Shown: one piece after another, positions 35,719 through 45,961 of the stretch
Numbering within the stretch: the first letter of the stretch is position 1
Layout: every line of letters starts with the position of its first letter
Assembly (NCBI GenBank): GCA_965120395.1
Contig: CBCPND010000018.1
Location: 444-64,443 of the forward strand
Direction: 5' to 3'
Source: an uncultured Helicobacter sp.
GTDB lineage: Bacteria; Campylobacterota; Campylobacteria; Campylobacterales; Helicobacteraceae
Length of the DNA stretch: 64,000 nucleotides
Notes under the pieces: generated by a model
Seen by the model: only the letters and a program-made list of their open reading frames with translations
What the model was told of the DNA's origin: nothing
The model's database searches: none
Program-made: the position numbers and the translations under genes

Positions 35719-38187
35719 ATGTTTGAAATTCGACTAAAAGGGCAGGTTCAAGGCGTTGGATTTCGTCCGTTTATTTACAATTTATGCACGAGATTAAATA
35801 TTTGTGGATTTGTGCGAAACTGCGGTGCTGATGTGATTATAAGGCTTGAATTTGAGTTTTGCTTGTCAAGAATCTATAATGAAGCTGTACTAAAGCTAGC
35901 AAATTTTATTCAAGCAGAATCTATCATCACGCCATTTGTGGATTCTAGGCGGAGCGCAGAGTTTTTTAGGCATTTTTTTAGCACGCTTCCAAAAGCTGCT
36001 AAAATCACAAAAATTACAATCTATAAGCCCAAATCTCAAACAAAACACACAAATAAAATTTTAGATTCTAGTGTGGAATCCATGCAAGAATCCACACAAA
36101 ATTTCGCTTTGGATTTCAGATTAGATTCTACTCAAAACCACTTTATGATCTTACCTTCAATCAACCAAGAAATCTCACTAGATTCTAGAATCCCACAAGA
36201 TTTAGCCACTTGCAAAGAATGTTTAAATGAAATTTTCTCGCCCAAAAATCGCCACTATCTCTATCATCTCACATCTTGTGTGAATTGTGGCGCGCGATAT
36301 AGTATTATCAATGCTTTGCCTTATGATCGCAAAAATACCGCGATGAGCGAATTTGCGCTGTGTAAAAATTGCGCTAAGGATTATGAAAATCCTAAAAATC
36401 GCTATTATCACGCACAGCCAATTTCTTGTAATGATTGCAATGTGGAGCTTGATTTTTGGGATAAAGGTAAGATTGTCGCAAAAGATTTAGATGCGATTCT
36501 ACTTTGTGTAAAGAAGTTAAAGCAAGGTGAGATTATTTGCATAAAAGGGCTTGGCGGGTTTGCTTTGATTTGCGATGCGAGTGATAAAAGAGCGATTGAG
36601 AATCTACGCGTAATTAAGCACCGCCCTAAAAAGCCATTTGCCGTAATGGCAAAAAACATCAACCAAGCTAAGCAAATCGCGCTTTTAGAACCACTTGAAG
36701 AAAAATATCTAGAATCTAGCTTTGCACCAATCGTGCTTGTTAAACAAAACAAAGGTGCGAAATTAAGTGATAATAGCGATGTTATCGATGATATTAGTGT
36801 CGCATTTGATAAAATCGCACCGAATTTAGATTCTATTGGAATCTTGCTTGCTAACACGCCCTTGCAGCATATTTTATTCTCCTATATTGATTTCCCGCTA
36901 ATTTATACAAGCGCAAATCTTAAAGGCGAGCCAATTATCACACATATAAGCGAAGCAAGGGGAAAGTTTGGCAACAATGTAGAGTATTTTTTAGATTTTG
37001 GGCGCGAGATTTATCAAGGGATTGATGACTCGATTTTTAGACTCATTGCTGGAGAAATGCGCCCAATTCGTATGGCTAGAGGCGTTACTCCATTTTATAT
37101 CAATTTGCCAATACCACAGAATCAAGCCCAGATTCTAGCTCTTGGCGCGCAAGATAAGACAAGCCTTTGTTTTACACACAATGGAAAGACGATGATTGCA
37201 CCTTACATTGGCGATATGCAAAGTATTGCCACGCAAGAAAAATACATCCACACACTAGAGTTTTTCTCTAAAATCTACGATTTTAAGCCAAGCATCATTG
37301 TAAGCGATATGCATCCGCGCTACCAAACGACACAAATAGCAAAAAATATTTGCGCACATAATACTCGCGCTAAACATTTGCAAATCTATCATCATCACGC
37401 CCATTTATGCGCCATTCTTGCAGAATCCAATCAAAAAGAGATTCTAGGCTTTATCTGGGATGGAAGCGGATTAGGAAGCGATGGAAAAATCTGGGGTGGA
37501 GAAGTGCTTTTTGGTGATTTTAGTGAGTTCAAGCGCATGTGGCATTTTGAGGAGTTTTTACTTTTAGGTGGGGAAAAAGCTATTAAAGAGATTGATCGCA
37601 TAGGTTATGCTTTATCTTTGCAAGCTTGTCATAAAGAAATGATTTTACGCTATGAAAAAACACTGCCAAAAGCCGTAAGGCTTATGGCAAAAAATCATTT
37701 TAATAGCTTTGAGAGCACATCTGTTGGAAGGCTTTTTGATGGCGTGGCTTCGCTGCTTGGAATCTTGCATTGCTCAAGCTATGAAGGAGAATCTGGCGGG
37801 ATTTTGGAATCTTTATATAACAAAAATAGCGATTTTGGAATCTATGAGTTTTGCGTAAAAGATAATGTCATAGAAATTAAAAAAATGCTTTATCAAATCT
37901 GCCAAGATGTATGCGAAAAAGTGCCAAATTGCATTATTATTACAAAATTTATAGACACATTAGCATATATTACGCTAAAATGCAGTGTTTTATTTTTGCA
38001 GAATAAAACTCATATAAAAGTAGGGTTTAGCGGGGGAGTATTCCAAAACAAAGCATTGTGCGAAAAGATAGCCTCATTATTTTTAAAGCACAATATTCCG
38101 TTTGTATTCCACTCTAAAATCCCAACCAATGATAATGGCATAGCTTTTGGTCAAGCTATTTTTGGAACATTTTGTGTCAAGGAGTGA
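35719..38187 (+). CDS. hypF: [NiFe]-hydrogenase maturation carbamoyltransferase HypF
   Basis: Acylphosphatase-like N-terminus (VQGVGFRPF), four CxxC zinc-finger motifs, and YrdC-like and Kae1-like domains. 822 aa. Confidence 0.9.
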   Translation: MFEIRLKGQVQGVGFRPFIYNLCTRLNICGFVRNCGADVIIRLEFEFCLSRIYNEAVLKLANFIQAESIITPFVDSRRSAEFFRHFFSTLPKAAKITKITIYKPKSQTKHTNKILDSSVESMQESTQNFALDFRLDSTQNHFMILPSINQEISLDSRIPQDLATCKECLNEIFSPKNRHYLYHLTSCVNCGARYSIINALPYDRKNTAMSEFALCKNCAKDYENPKNRYYHAQPISCNDCNVELDFWDKGKIVAKDLDAILLCVKKLKQGEIICIKGLGGFALICDASDKRAIENLRVIKHRPKKPFAVMAKNINQAKQIALLEPLEEKYLESSFAPIVLVKQNKGAKLSDNSDVIDDISVAFDKIAPNLDSIGILLANTPLQHILFSYIDFPLIYTSANLKGEPIITHISEARGKFGNNVEYFLDFGREIYQGIDDSIFRLIAGEMRPIRMARGVTPFYINLPIPQNQAQILALGAQDKTSLCFTHNGKTMIAPYIGDMQSIATQEKYIHTLEFFSKIYDFKPSIIVSDMHPRYQTTQIAKNICAHNTRAKHLQIYHHHAHLCAILAESNQKEILGFIWDGSGLGSDGKIWGGEVLFGDFSEFKRMWHFEEFLLLGGEKAIKEIDRIGYALSLQACHKEMILRYEKTLPKAVRLMAKNHFNSFESTSVGRLFDGVASLLGILHCSSYEGESGGILESLYNKNSDFGIYEFCVKDNVIEIKKMLYQICQDVCEKVPNCIIITKFIDTLAYITLKCSVLFLQNKTHIKVGFSGGVFQNKALCEKIASLFLKHNIPFVFHSKIPTNDNGIAFGQAIFGTFCVKE

Positions 38188-38189
38188 CT

Positions 38190-39203
38190 ATGCAAACCAT
38201 ACAACTAGCCCAAGGAAGTGGCGGTATTGCGACAAATGAGCTAATTGAGAGGGTTTTCTTAAAACATTTGGGTGAGATGTTTGTAAATCAAGGTGAGGAC
38301 GCGGGAGTGTTCTGCCCAAATGGTGAAATGGCATTAAGCACGGATAGTTTTATTATCACTCCGCTTACTTTTGCTGGGGGCGATATTGGTAAGTTGAGCG
38401 TGTGTGGAAGCAGCAATGATGTAGCAATGATGGGTGCAAAGCCTGAATTTATAAGTTTTGGCTTTATGATTGAAGAGGGTTTGAGTATTGATACACTTGA
38501 GAATATTATAAAAAGCATTGCCCTTGAACTCAAAAAAACAGATATTAAAATATTAAGCGCCGATACTAAAGTCCTTCCAAAAGGTGGCGTCGATAAGATA
38601 TTTATCAATACAACTGCGCTTGGGAGCATAAAGCTTCAAAACATATCTGCTAAGAATCTACAAATTAACGATAAAATCATTCTTTCTGCGCCAATCGGCG
38701 CACACGGAGCGAGCATTTTTGCCTCTAGAGAAGAAATAGGCTTAAGCGGAAATCTACAAAGTGATTGTGCGCAGCTTTATCCGATGCTTGAGCCATTATT
38801 TGAGCGTGGTTTGCAAGTGCACGCAATGAGAGATGCTACGCGTGGAGGACTATCAGCTGTGCTTAATGAATGGGCAAATGCCTCTAATGTGATGATAGAT
38901 ATCAATGAGGAGAGGATTCCAATTGATGATGAAGTAAAAGGGGTGTGTGAGATTCTAGGTCTTGAGGCATATATGCTCGCAAATGAGGGTGTTTGCGTGC
39001 TATCAGTGGATACAAAATGCGCTAATGAAGTCTGTGAGATTCTGCGCGCACATCCGCTTGGCAAAAAAGCACAAATCATTGGAGAAGTCATAGCTTACTC
39101 AGATTCTAAAATGTTAAATAATCGCGTCGTGCTTAATAGCCAATGGGGAGGTAAAAGGTTTATGGAATACCCTCAGGGCGAGCTTCTCCCGCGTATTTGT
39201 TAG
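38190..39203 (+). CDS. hypE: [NiFe]-hydrogenase maturation protein HypE
   Basis: AIR-synthase-like fold and the diagnostic C-terminal ..PRIC. Start set to ATG 38190 (GGAG RBS). Confidence 0.9.
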   Translation: MQTIQLAQGSGGIATNELIERVFLKHLGEMFVNQGEDAGVFCPNGEMALSTDSFIITPLTFAGGDIGKLSVCGSSNDVAMMGAKPEFISFGFMIEEGLSIDTLENIIKSIALELKKTDIKILSADTKVLPKGGVDKIFINTTALGSIKLQNISAKNLQINDKIILSAPIGAHGASIFASREEIGLSGNLQSDCAQLYPMLEPLFERGLQVHAMRDATRGGLSAVLNEWANASNVMIDINEERIPIDDEVKGVCEILGLEAYMLANEGVCVLSVDTKCANEVCEILRAHPLGKKAQIIGEVIAYSDSKMLNNRVVLNSQWGGKRFMEYPQGELLPRIC

Positions 39204-39429
39204 GCAGATAAGCAAAAGGTTGATTTAAGAATGAATCAAATAATTCTAAAAAACAATACCAAAATGGTATATCAAACACTTCAAGCTATTAAAAAGATTA
39301 GTTATTGTAAATTTGGGTATAGCATTGCTAGATAATACAGAAGTAATCGTGTTAATCGCCTTTATCGGACTAATGGTTGGTATTGTTGCCCATTTTACAG
39401 GATCATCATAGGAGTTTTTAATTAGCACA

Positions 39430-39858
39430 TTAATCTAGATATTTAATCTTAAAGAGCACAATACTTGCTAGGCACACTATTACACCAAGCACATAGCCAA
39501 CAATCCTAAAATATTGATATTCCATAAGTATAACTACACCAATGGTCAAAGCCACATACGCAAAAATCCGATATAAACCTAATGAAAGCTTTAAGCCCAG
39601 CACAAATTTCGAGAATCTATGCATTTGATGTGGTTTTTGACCCCTGTCATCTTGTAATGATAAATCAAAATTTTTTTGTGTCTCTTGTTTTAGCTTACCT
39701 TTTAAACTCCAATAAGAACTCATAATAACCAAAAATGTAGAAAAATATGCTGCCTCAAAGTTTATGGCATTACAAATTTCAAACACATAAAATATGCCAA
39801 TAGCACATATTATATTTAAACCGCCTAGAATTGCTATGTATTTATAACACTTCATCAT
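39430..39858 (-). CDS. Hypothetical 4-TM membrane protein
   Basis: 142 aa. Two hydrophobic pairs separated by a charged loop. No motif recognised. Confidence 0.5.
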   Translation of the reverse strand: MMKCYKYIAILGGLNIICAIGIFYVFEICNAINFEAAYFSTFLVIMSSYWSLKGKLKQETQKNFDLSLQDDRGQKPHQMHRFSKFVLGLKLSLGLYRIFAYVALTIGVVILMEYQYFRIVGYVLGVIVCLASIVLFKIKYLD

Positions 39859-39946
39859 TTTTCCTTATTGCACTTAGATTCTCAAACTAGGATTATAGAA
39901 GAGCTGTATTTTAAAAAATCATTAAAGTATCTAAATCTTAAGTTAA

Positions 39947-40305
39947 TGGTGGAGTCGTGGGGAATTGAACCCCAGTCCAAAATCTATCTCCGAATCATAG
40001 GAATCTACATGCTTTCTGAAGGTTATCATTTCTTGTCATTGGGTAGTCCTTCAATCCCCAATGCAAAAAGCCGTATCTTTCTTTGGATTCTGGCGCAATC
40101 CAAAGGCAACTAGTTTAGTGACGATTTATGCGATGCACTAGTATCACCACACAATCGGCTCCGAAGAGAAGTTAAACCTACGCTACTCTTGCGTAAGCTG
40201 GAGCGTAATTTGCGCTGTTTGCGTTTATTTTTAATGGTAGTTTAACGGCATACCAGCCGACATGCACCTATGGGCAACAAATCCTGTCGAAGCCAAATCG
40301 ACCCC
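39947..40305 (-). ncRNA. ssrA: tmRNA (SsrA); predicted tag ANSANYAPAYARVA
   Basis: 5' GGGGTCGATTTGGCTTCGACAGG and 3' GGGGTTCAATTCCCCACGACTCCACCA form an acceptor stem with G3:U. Internal frame: GCA AAC AGC GCA AAT TAC GCT CCA GCT TAC GCA AGA GTA GCG TAG. Confidence 0.93.
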
Positions 40306-40339
40306 ATACGAAAATCGTATTTTAACATATTTTTTTAAC

Positions 40340-40879
40340 TTATTGGATAAAATCAATCCCTTGCGGAAGAACAAAATCAAATATCTTATCATCAACAAAA
40401 TGATTTATTTTTACTTGCTGAAAATCAATAATAATTGTATTCTCAAATTCATCTTGAAAAACAATTTGTTTTGGTGTGCCATCTTGCTTGAGAAGCAATT
40501 GATACTCAATCTTATCAAACACTGCATAATACTTACCATCAGTCTTTTTCTTTGCACTTTTAAGGATATTAAAAAAGTCAATCTTTTGTTTCGCCTTACC
40601 TAATGTAGCTTGCTCAAGCAATGGCTCATATACAATAGTGCTTTCATCATTAATATATATCTCTTTATTTGTGGGAGTATGATACACCCATTTTGCCTTT
40701 GAGGGGGCTTTAGCATAAAAATAGCCAGAATATACAAGCGTATTATCTTGACTTATAGTTTTTTGAGTGAATTTAGCCTCTATGCTTTGAATATTTTCTA
40801 TACCCTGATTCTCGCTATGCCCATATAAAGAGCAACTTAACACAACAAAAGTAACACAAATCAATCTAAAAAGAATCAT
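40340..40879 (-). CDS. lolA: Outer-membrane lipoprotein carrier LolA
   Basis: Signal peptide MILFRLICVTFVVLSC, then F.Q.....Y.G.FYAK.P.K..W.Y pattern. ATG overlaps the slyD stop (TAATG). The upstream part of the ORF-track call was rejected. Confidence 0.8.
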   Translation of the reverse strand: MILFRLICVTFVVLSCSLYGHSENQGIENIQSIEAKFTQKTISQDNTLVYSGYFYAKAPSKAKWVYHTPTNKEIYINDESTIVYEPLLEQATLGKAKQKIDFFNILKSAKKKTDGKYYAVFDKIEYQLLLKQDGTPKQIVFQDEFENTIIIDFQQVKINHFVDDKIFDFVLPQGIDFIQ

Positions 40880-41430
40880 TAGTGATGACATCCACAAGAA
40901 TGATTGCCACCACCTCCGCAACATTCTCCCTCCTTGTGCTCGTGTCCACCGCAACCACACCCACTTGCAGCTGCCTTATTTAAGATTTCCTCTGGACTCG
41001 CATCACGAACATCTACTATTTCAATATCAAAAATAAGGGTCTTACCTGCTAAAGGATGATTATAATCAATAATCACATTTGAATCATTAAAATCTTTAAC
41101 GACAACTTGCACCATTTGCCCATCTTGTGCCTGTCCAAAAAGAGTCATTCCCCTTTCAAGAGAGATTCCTTCAAATTGATCCTTCGACACTTCTTGCAAA
41201 GAATTAGAATCATAGATTCCATAAGCATCCTCTGGCGGAATAGTAATATTGAACTTATCGCCCTTTTGTGCTTTTAAGATGGCTTTCTCTAATCCTTGGA
41301 TAACCTGACCTGCACCAACAAGAAAATCCAGCGGTTTGCCTTCCATATTACCATCTATATAGTCTTTTGTATCAGAATCTTTAACCTCATATAAGATTGA
41401 TACAACTTGATTTTGTTTGATCTCACTCAT
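40879..41430 (-). CDS. slyD: FKBP-type peptidyl-prolyl isomerase SlyD with Cys/His-rich metal-binding tail
   Basis: FKBP + IF-domain pattern (..LDFLVGAGQVI.GLE.., ..HPLAGKTL.F..). C-terminus GCGCGGHEHKEGECCGGGGNHSCGCHH. Confidence 0.9.
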   Translation of the reverse strand: MSEIKQNQVVSILYEVKDSDTKDYIDGNMEGKPLDFLVGAGQVIQGLEKAILKAQKGDKFNITIPPEDAYGIYDSNSLQEVSKDQFEGISLERGMTLFGQAQDGQMVQVVVKDFNDSNVIIDYNHPLAGKTLIFDIEIVDVRDASPEEILNKAAASGCGCGGHEHKEGECCGGGGNHSCGCHH

Positions 41431-42415
41431 TATTGCTCCTTTTTCTTAAATCTATTGCTTTTTTTCCTTGATCACTTTCTGGATAAAGATAAATTAAAGA
41501 ATCTAAAAATTTGTTGTAATTTGTCATATCTTTAGAATATCTAAAAGCCCAAGCTGTATGCCACAACAATATAGGCATATAGCTAGCCTTATCATCTGAA
41601 GAAGCACTTCTTTTATAGAAAGATATAGCCTCTTTAAATTCACCTTTTTGATAGGCGATCTCACCTAACATATACAAGCTTGATGCTACCCTATAATTAT
41701 TATCGATAAGCTTCTGGTATAATTTTCTTGCCTCATCAATGTTTCCCGCTCTATATAATTTCCTTGCCTCATCTAATATCTCCTTATTTGTCTTATTTGT
41801 CTCTGTTGTAGAGTTGGCCACTGATAAATGCGGAGAAGCAGACTTTTGGACTTGGCTTTGCTTGTGGTTGTCTTGACGTGATTGTGTATCTTGGGTTGAT
41901 GGATTGGCTTTATCTAACTGCGCTGATTGGTTTGTTTGAAGTTTATCAAGCTGGGAGATAATGTCTTGGTTAAGACTTGTTACAAGTGCTGTAAGATTAG
42001 TGATTTTTGAGTTAAGTTGTTCGATAAAATTAGTGCTTGTACTATGTTTTTTTTGCAGTTCCTCGATGATTGCACTTTGTGCGATTATTGTTTCACTTTG
42101 TTTTTCTAGATCGCTTTGCAATCTCTTTAATAAAATATCTTGTTGTCCTAATGAATCCATTAAAACCTTAATTCTTAAGGCTTGTCCCTCAACAACACTT
42201 TTTAACCCTTCACAAGACTGCTCTAAAGCCTGAATTCTAGTATTATAGTCAATGGCAATGTTTTCAAGATTTCTATTTGCAGTTTGAATATTCTTGAGAT
42301 CTTTTTTTGTCGCACCACTCTGGAGCTCAAACGCCGATGGTTCGGCATCAGAAGCACCAGAAAGCAGTTGCAATACGAGCACAAGACAAATAATAAGAAA
42401 CTTAACCTTATTCAT
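41423..42415 (-). CDS. Tol-Pal system protein YbgF/CpoB-like (coiled coil + TPR)
   Basis: Signal peptide, long coiled coil, C-terminal TPR repeats. Located directly downstream of pal. Confidence 0.7.
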   Translation of the reverse strand: MNKVKFLIICLVLVLQLLSGASDAEPSAFELQSGATKKDLKNIQTANRNLENIAIDYNTRIQALEQSCEGLKSVVEGQALRIKVLMDSLGQQDILLKRLQSDLEKQSETIIAQSAIIEELQKKHSTSTNFIEQLNSKITNLTALVTSLNQDIISQLDKLQTNQSAQLDKANPSTQDTQSRQDNHKQSQVQKSASPHLSVANSTTETNKTNKEILDEARKLYRAGNIDEARKLYQKLIDNNYRVASSLYMLGEIAYQKGEFKEAISFYKRSASSDDKASYMPILLWHTAWAFRYSKDMTNYNKFLDSLIYLYPESDQGKKAIDLRKRSNNE

Positions 42416-42437
42416 ATCTCATATTGTGCTATTTGGC

Positions 42438-42950
42438 TTATTCTGATAATTTAATATCAGCCCTTCTATTTTTTTGATAACACTCTTTTTCTTTTTCAGT
42501 GCACACTGGCTTACTTTCACCAAAGCTCACAACTCTTATATTGGCCCTATTTACTCCCTTAATGACCAAAGCATCTCTCACAGAAATCGCACGCTTTGTT
42601 CCAAGAGCATAGTTATACTCATCTGTCCCTATTTCATCAGTATTACCTTCAATCACAACATCGTAACTATCTCTTTTCTTAAGATCTTCAGAAACTCCAT
42701 CGATCACAGATTGCATATCCCCACGTATATTGAATTTATCAAAATCAAAATATACACTTCCTAACGTCTGACCTGTCGCCTCTTGCACCTGTTGAGTAGT
42801 AGTCGCTGGTTTTGAAGTTCTAGTAGGAGTATCATACTCCTCATCCACATCTTCATAACCTTGACCTTCTACATCTACCTGTTTGCTTGGACATCCTGTT
42901 AAAAGAAAAAGTGCCAATAATGCACCTAACACTCCAATTATTTTTTTCAT
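42438..42950 (-). CDS. pal: Peptidoglycan-associated lipoprotein Pal (OmpA family)
   Basis: Start set to MKKIIGVLGALLALFLLTGC (lipobox). OmpA-C motif ..GNTDE.GT.EYN.ALG.KRA... Confidence 0.9.
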   Translation of the reverse strand: MKKIIGVLGALLALFLLTGCPSKQVDVEGQGYEDVDEEYDTPTRTSKPATTTQQVQEATGQTLGSVYFDFDKFNIRGDMQSVIDGVSEDLKKRDSYDVVIEGNTDEIGTDEYNYALGTKRAISVRDALVIKGVNRANIRVVSFGESKPVCTEKEKECYQKNRRADIKLSE

Positions 42951-43023
42951 TGCAAAACTCCTTTCAAAATGACAATGAATTGACATTATACTATAAAAAC
43001 CCATTTTTTTATATAGTTTTTTA

Positions 43024-44280
43024 CTACCAATCAAAAGATTGGATTCTGGTTTTACTTAGAGGAAACAAATAGCTTTTGTTATAATCAAGTCTGATAACCC
43101 CCAAGGCAGTCTGTCCAGAAGTATGTTTCAAAAACATTACAGAACTTCCATCTTTTGAAAACCTCGGCATCTGATTATTACCAACGGCAGTAAGCCTACG
43201 AATATAATCTGTCTTTGTGGAAATTAAATAAATATTAAAGGTATTTGCTCCAAACTCATTATCGGTCTCACGGCTTGAATACACCACATAATCTCCAAAA
43301 GATGATACAGAATTATTATTCTTACCGTGATAAACGACTTGTTCTGCTGGGGCGTTTATATTTAACCTTTTAGAATAAATATTAGCATAGCCTGATCTAT
43401 CAGAGATAAATACCATTGCAGATTCATTATTGATAAAATTCCCAGATACATCTATGCCAGAATATTTTGTAAGCTGTGTAAGTCGCTTGCTACCAACTTG
43501 ATATAAATAAACATCAGCTTGTTGTTTTGGAGAGAGGGTAACAAGAAGTCGCTTGCCGTCTTTACTAACATCAGAGACAGCAGCCATACCATTGCTATTT
43601 ACAATCATCTCAGATTTGCCACTATAAATATTATATTTCATAATCGTAGGACGCGCTAGATACTTAGTATAATAGATCTCTTTCTGATCGGAATCAGCCC
43701 ATTTAGGGAAAACATTTAAGCCACCAGTTACGATAGGCTGATTAAATGTAAGTGTGTAATCAGCCAAAACAATATCAGCAAAGCCTGAAGCGGTGTATTT
43801 TGAATAAACAACATAGCGACTCATCCATTCAACGGATGGAGCATTAATGTATTTATTTATATCAATTGCCATTTTATGGGCAATAAATGGATAAAGTGGT
43901 GCGTCGGTAATCTGATATGTTTTGTTGATCTGGAGTTTCAAGGAATTGACATCATACAATAAAAGTGTAGCCTTTAACGCCCCACGTTCTTTATTGACTT
44001 GCACTATACCAACCAACTCTATCTTCTTGTTTTTATAAGCATCATAGTTAATGGTATTTTTACCATAATTACCACCATCCAATACCTTAAAATGCCCAGA
44101 TACATTCAAATCTCCAGCAAGGATTTTATATACCCTTCTTGCCGTTACAGAATCTCCGTCATTGATATAGCCAATCTCGATTTTTGGTGATTTTTGTGCT
44201 GTTTTAATAACATCAATCGTAGCATTAGCTGCAAATGCACTCCACACAACGCAGGTGCATAAAAATGCAATCTTTTTCAT
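43024..44280 (-). CDS. tolB: Tol-Pal system beta-propeller protein TolB
   Basis: 418 aa, signal peptide. N-terminal TolB domain plus repeated propeller blades (..P.FS.DG..). Confidence 0.9.
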   Translation of the reverse strand: MKKIAFLCTCVVWSAFAANATIDVIKTAQKSPKIEIGYINDGDSVTARRVYKILAGDLNVSGHFKVLDGGNYGKNTINYDAYKNKKIELVGIVQVNKERGALKATLLLYDVNSLKLQINKTYQITDAPLYPFIAHKMAIDINKYINAPSVEWMSRYVVYSKYTASGFADIVLADYTLTFNQPIVTGGLNVFPKWADSDQKEIYYTKYLARPTIMKYNIYSGKSEMIVNSNGMAAVSDVSKDGKRLLVTLSPKQQADVYLYQVGSKRLTQLTKYSGIDVSGNFINNESAMVFISDRSGYANIYSKRLNINAPAEQVVYHGKNNNSVSSFGDYVVYSSRETDNEFGANTFNIYLISTKTDYIRRLTAVGNNQMPRFSKDGSSVMFLKHTSGQTALGVIRLDYNKSYLFPLSKTRIQSFDW

Positions 44281-44281
44281 A

Positions 44282-44998
44282 TTACTCCTTTGTTAATAAA
44301 TTGACCTCGATATTTATTGCTTTCCTATTAGGTGGCGGAGGAAATCTCTCACCCTTAAAAGCTTCTAAAAAGTCTAACACATTCTGATTAAAATCGTCAT
44401 ATTGCGATAGTCTAATAACCTTATAGACAAACCCTCCATCCTTATCTACTTGTAATAACACAGTCGCTTTTGCTGTTTGATAGAAATTCACTTGCCATTT
44501 CCTATATATTATATCATAAATCTCTGCAAACCACTTATTGTATTGACCACTCGTGAGTTCTGGGGATACTGCAGTGGATTTAATATCGAGAGTTTTAGCT
44601 TGAAGTGTTTTTAGGTCATTACTGATTCTATGAAGCTGCTCTTGAATATTCTTGATTCGACTTTCATCAGTTTTATCTCTAGTGTTTTTGGCAACCTCAC
44701 TTCTATTATCCTCATTAACTTGAGGCGCTAAATTCTCATCTGGAATCGAGGCAAACACATCCTTAACACCCAATCCTTCTAGCGGTGTCCCAGCAGTTTT
44801 AGTGCTTTTAGATTTTTTTTTAACAGATTCACTTAGATCGATAGAGATAGACTGCTCCAAAACAGCATTGCTTTTAGTGGTGTATTTAATGCGACTCAAA
44901 GATAAAAAATTAAAAAACAAAAATGCCAATAGTAAGAAATAAATACCAAACGCTAAAATACCGCTATAAATGAGTAGAATCTGTTGTCTATCAGCCAT
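44282..44998 (-). CDS. TolA/TonB-family energy-transducing protein
   Basis: N-terminal TM anchor, charged linker, C-terminal TonB_C-like domain. Lies between tolR and tolB. Confidence 0.6.
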   Translation of the reverse strand: MADRQQILLIYSGILAFGIYFLLLAFLFFNFLSLSRIKYTTKSNAVLEQSISIDLSESVKKKSKSTKTAGTPLEGLGVKDVFASIPDENLAPQVNEDNRSEVAKNTRDKTDESRIKNIQEQLHRISNDLKTLQAKTLDIKSTAVSPELTSGQYNKWFAEIYDIIYRKWQVNFYQTAKATVLLQVDKDGGFVYKVIRLSQYDDFNQNVLDFLEAFKGERFPPPPNRKAINIEVNLLTKE

Positions 44999-45389
44999 TT
45001 GTTACCAATGAAATTTTAATAAACCCTGCTTCTCTTACGCTTTTTAACACATACATAATATTTTCGTATTTAAGATTCTTATCTGCACGGATAAAAATGG
45101 TTGTGTCTTTTTTATTATATTGCTTAGCAATTAAATTAAAACTATCTGGGAAGGTTGCATATTGGTAGGTTTTGTCTTTTATATAAATTTTCTTTGCTTT
45201 ATCTATGCGCACTTCAATCATATTGTCAGCCACTTTTTTAACATTCCTGGTTCCTTTTGGCAATGCAATATCCTCTTGATATACAATCGTTGGAGTCGTA
45301 ACCATTAAAATTGCCAACAATACGAGCATAATATCTACAAGCGGGGTAATGTTCAGTTCTGGTCTATCATCCCACATATTTTTATCCAT
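44991..45389 (-). CDS. tolR: TolR/ExbD-family protein
   Basis: ..ELNITPLVDIMLVLLAILMV.. ExbD/TolR signature. ATG 45389 with a GGGG RBS is preferred over TTG 45401. Confidence 0.8.
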   Translation of the reverse strand: MDKNMWDDRPELNITPLVDIMLVLLAILMVTTPTIVYQEDIALPKGTRNVKKVADNMIEVRIDKAKKIYIKDKTYQYATFPDSFNLIAKQYNKKDTTIFIRADKNLKYENIMYVLKSVREAGFIKISLVTNG

Positions 45390-45406
45390 TGCAAACCCCA
45401 ATCAAG

Positions 45407-45961
45407 TCATTTCGACGAAGATAAGAAATCTATCTGCATCTGGATATAAACTCCCATATCATAAGCTTTACGTCTTAATAAAATAAAAAATGTATAAGCC
45501 GGAATAGCAGTTAAGATGCCAGCAGCAGTTGCAATGAGGGCTTTTGAAATAATGGGCGCTAATATATCAAAAGAAACTTGCCCGCTATTACCAAGCCTAC
45601 CAAACGCTCCCAGAATCTCAACCACAGTCCCAAATAAGCCGATAAAAGGAGATGTAGAAGCAATAACACTTAAAAAAGATAGACCAACTGTAGCCTGTCT
45701 CATCGCCTTATTTTTCCAAATAGATAAAATCCCGCCAGACATAATACTATTGGTATTAAAAAATAAAGCATCTCGTGGCAATTTTTGCTCGCCCTGTAGA
45801 ATAGCCTCTAGTGACTCTTGCTCATCTTTAAGCATTCTTGAAATAGCAAGATGTTTATAAAAAGAAATCCATAAGGTAATAATAAAATATACCGACAACC
45901 AGCACAGAGTAAAAATCGTAACGATATTAGACTCGCTAAAAAAACTAAATAAAACTTCCAT
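45407..45961 (-). CDS. tolQ: TolQ/ExbB-family proton channel
   Basis: MotA/TolQ/ExbB pattern (..SPFIGLFGTV.GI...F..). ATG overlaps the atpC stop (TAATG). Confidence 0.8.
   Translation of the reverse strand: MEVLFSFFSESNIVTIFTLCWLSVYFIITLWISFYKHLAISRMLKDEQESLEAILQGEQKLPRDALFFNTNSIMSGGILSIWKNKAMRQATVGLSFLSVIASTSPFIGLFGTVVEILGAFGRLGNSGQVSFDILAPIISKALIATAAGILTAIPAYTFFILLRRKAYDMGVYIQMQIDFLSSSK

Noticed and set aside
39204-39946. Possible genomic island integrated at the 3' end of ssrA, covering hypothetical genes 39246..39858
   Set aside because: I found no direct repeat of the tmRNA 3' end (…GGGGTTCAATTCCCCACGACTCCACCA or a partial copy) anywhere between hypE and ssrA, and no integrase. The 60-aa GTG-start ORF 39246..39428 has no support. 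The 142-aa membrane protein is kept only as a hypothetical CDS.
39868-40603. Plus-strand ORFs 39868..40113 (81 aa) and 40262..40603 (113 aa)
   Set aside because: Both overlap the minus-strand tmRNA (39947-40305), and the second also overlaps lolA. They have no RBS and a low-complexity or odd composition, so they are shadow ORFs.
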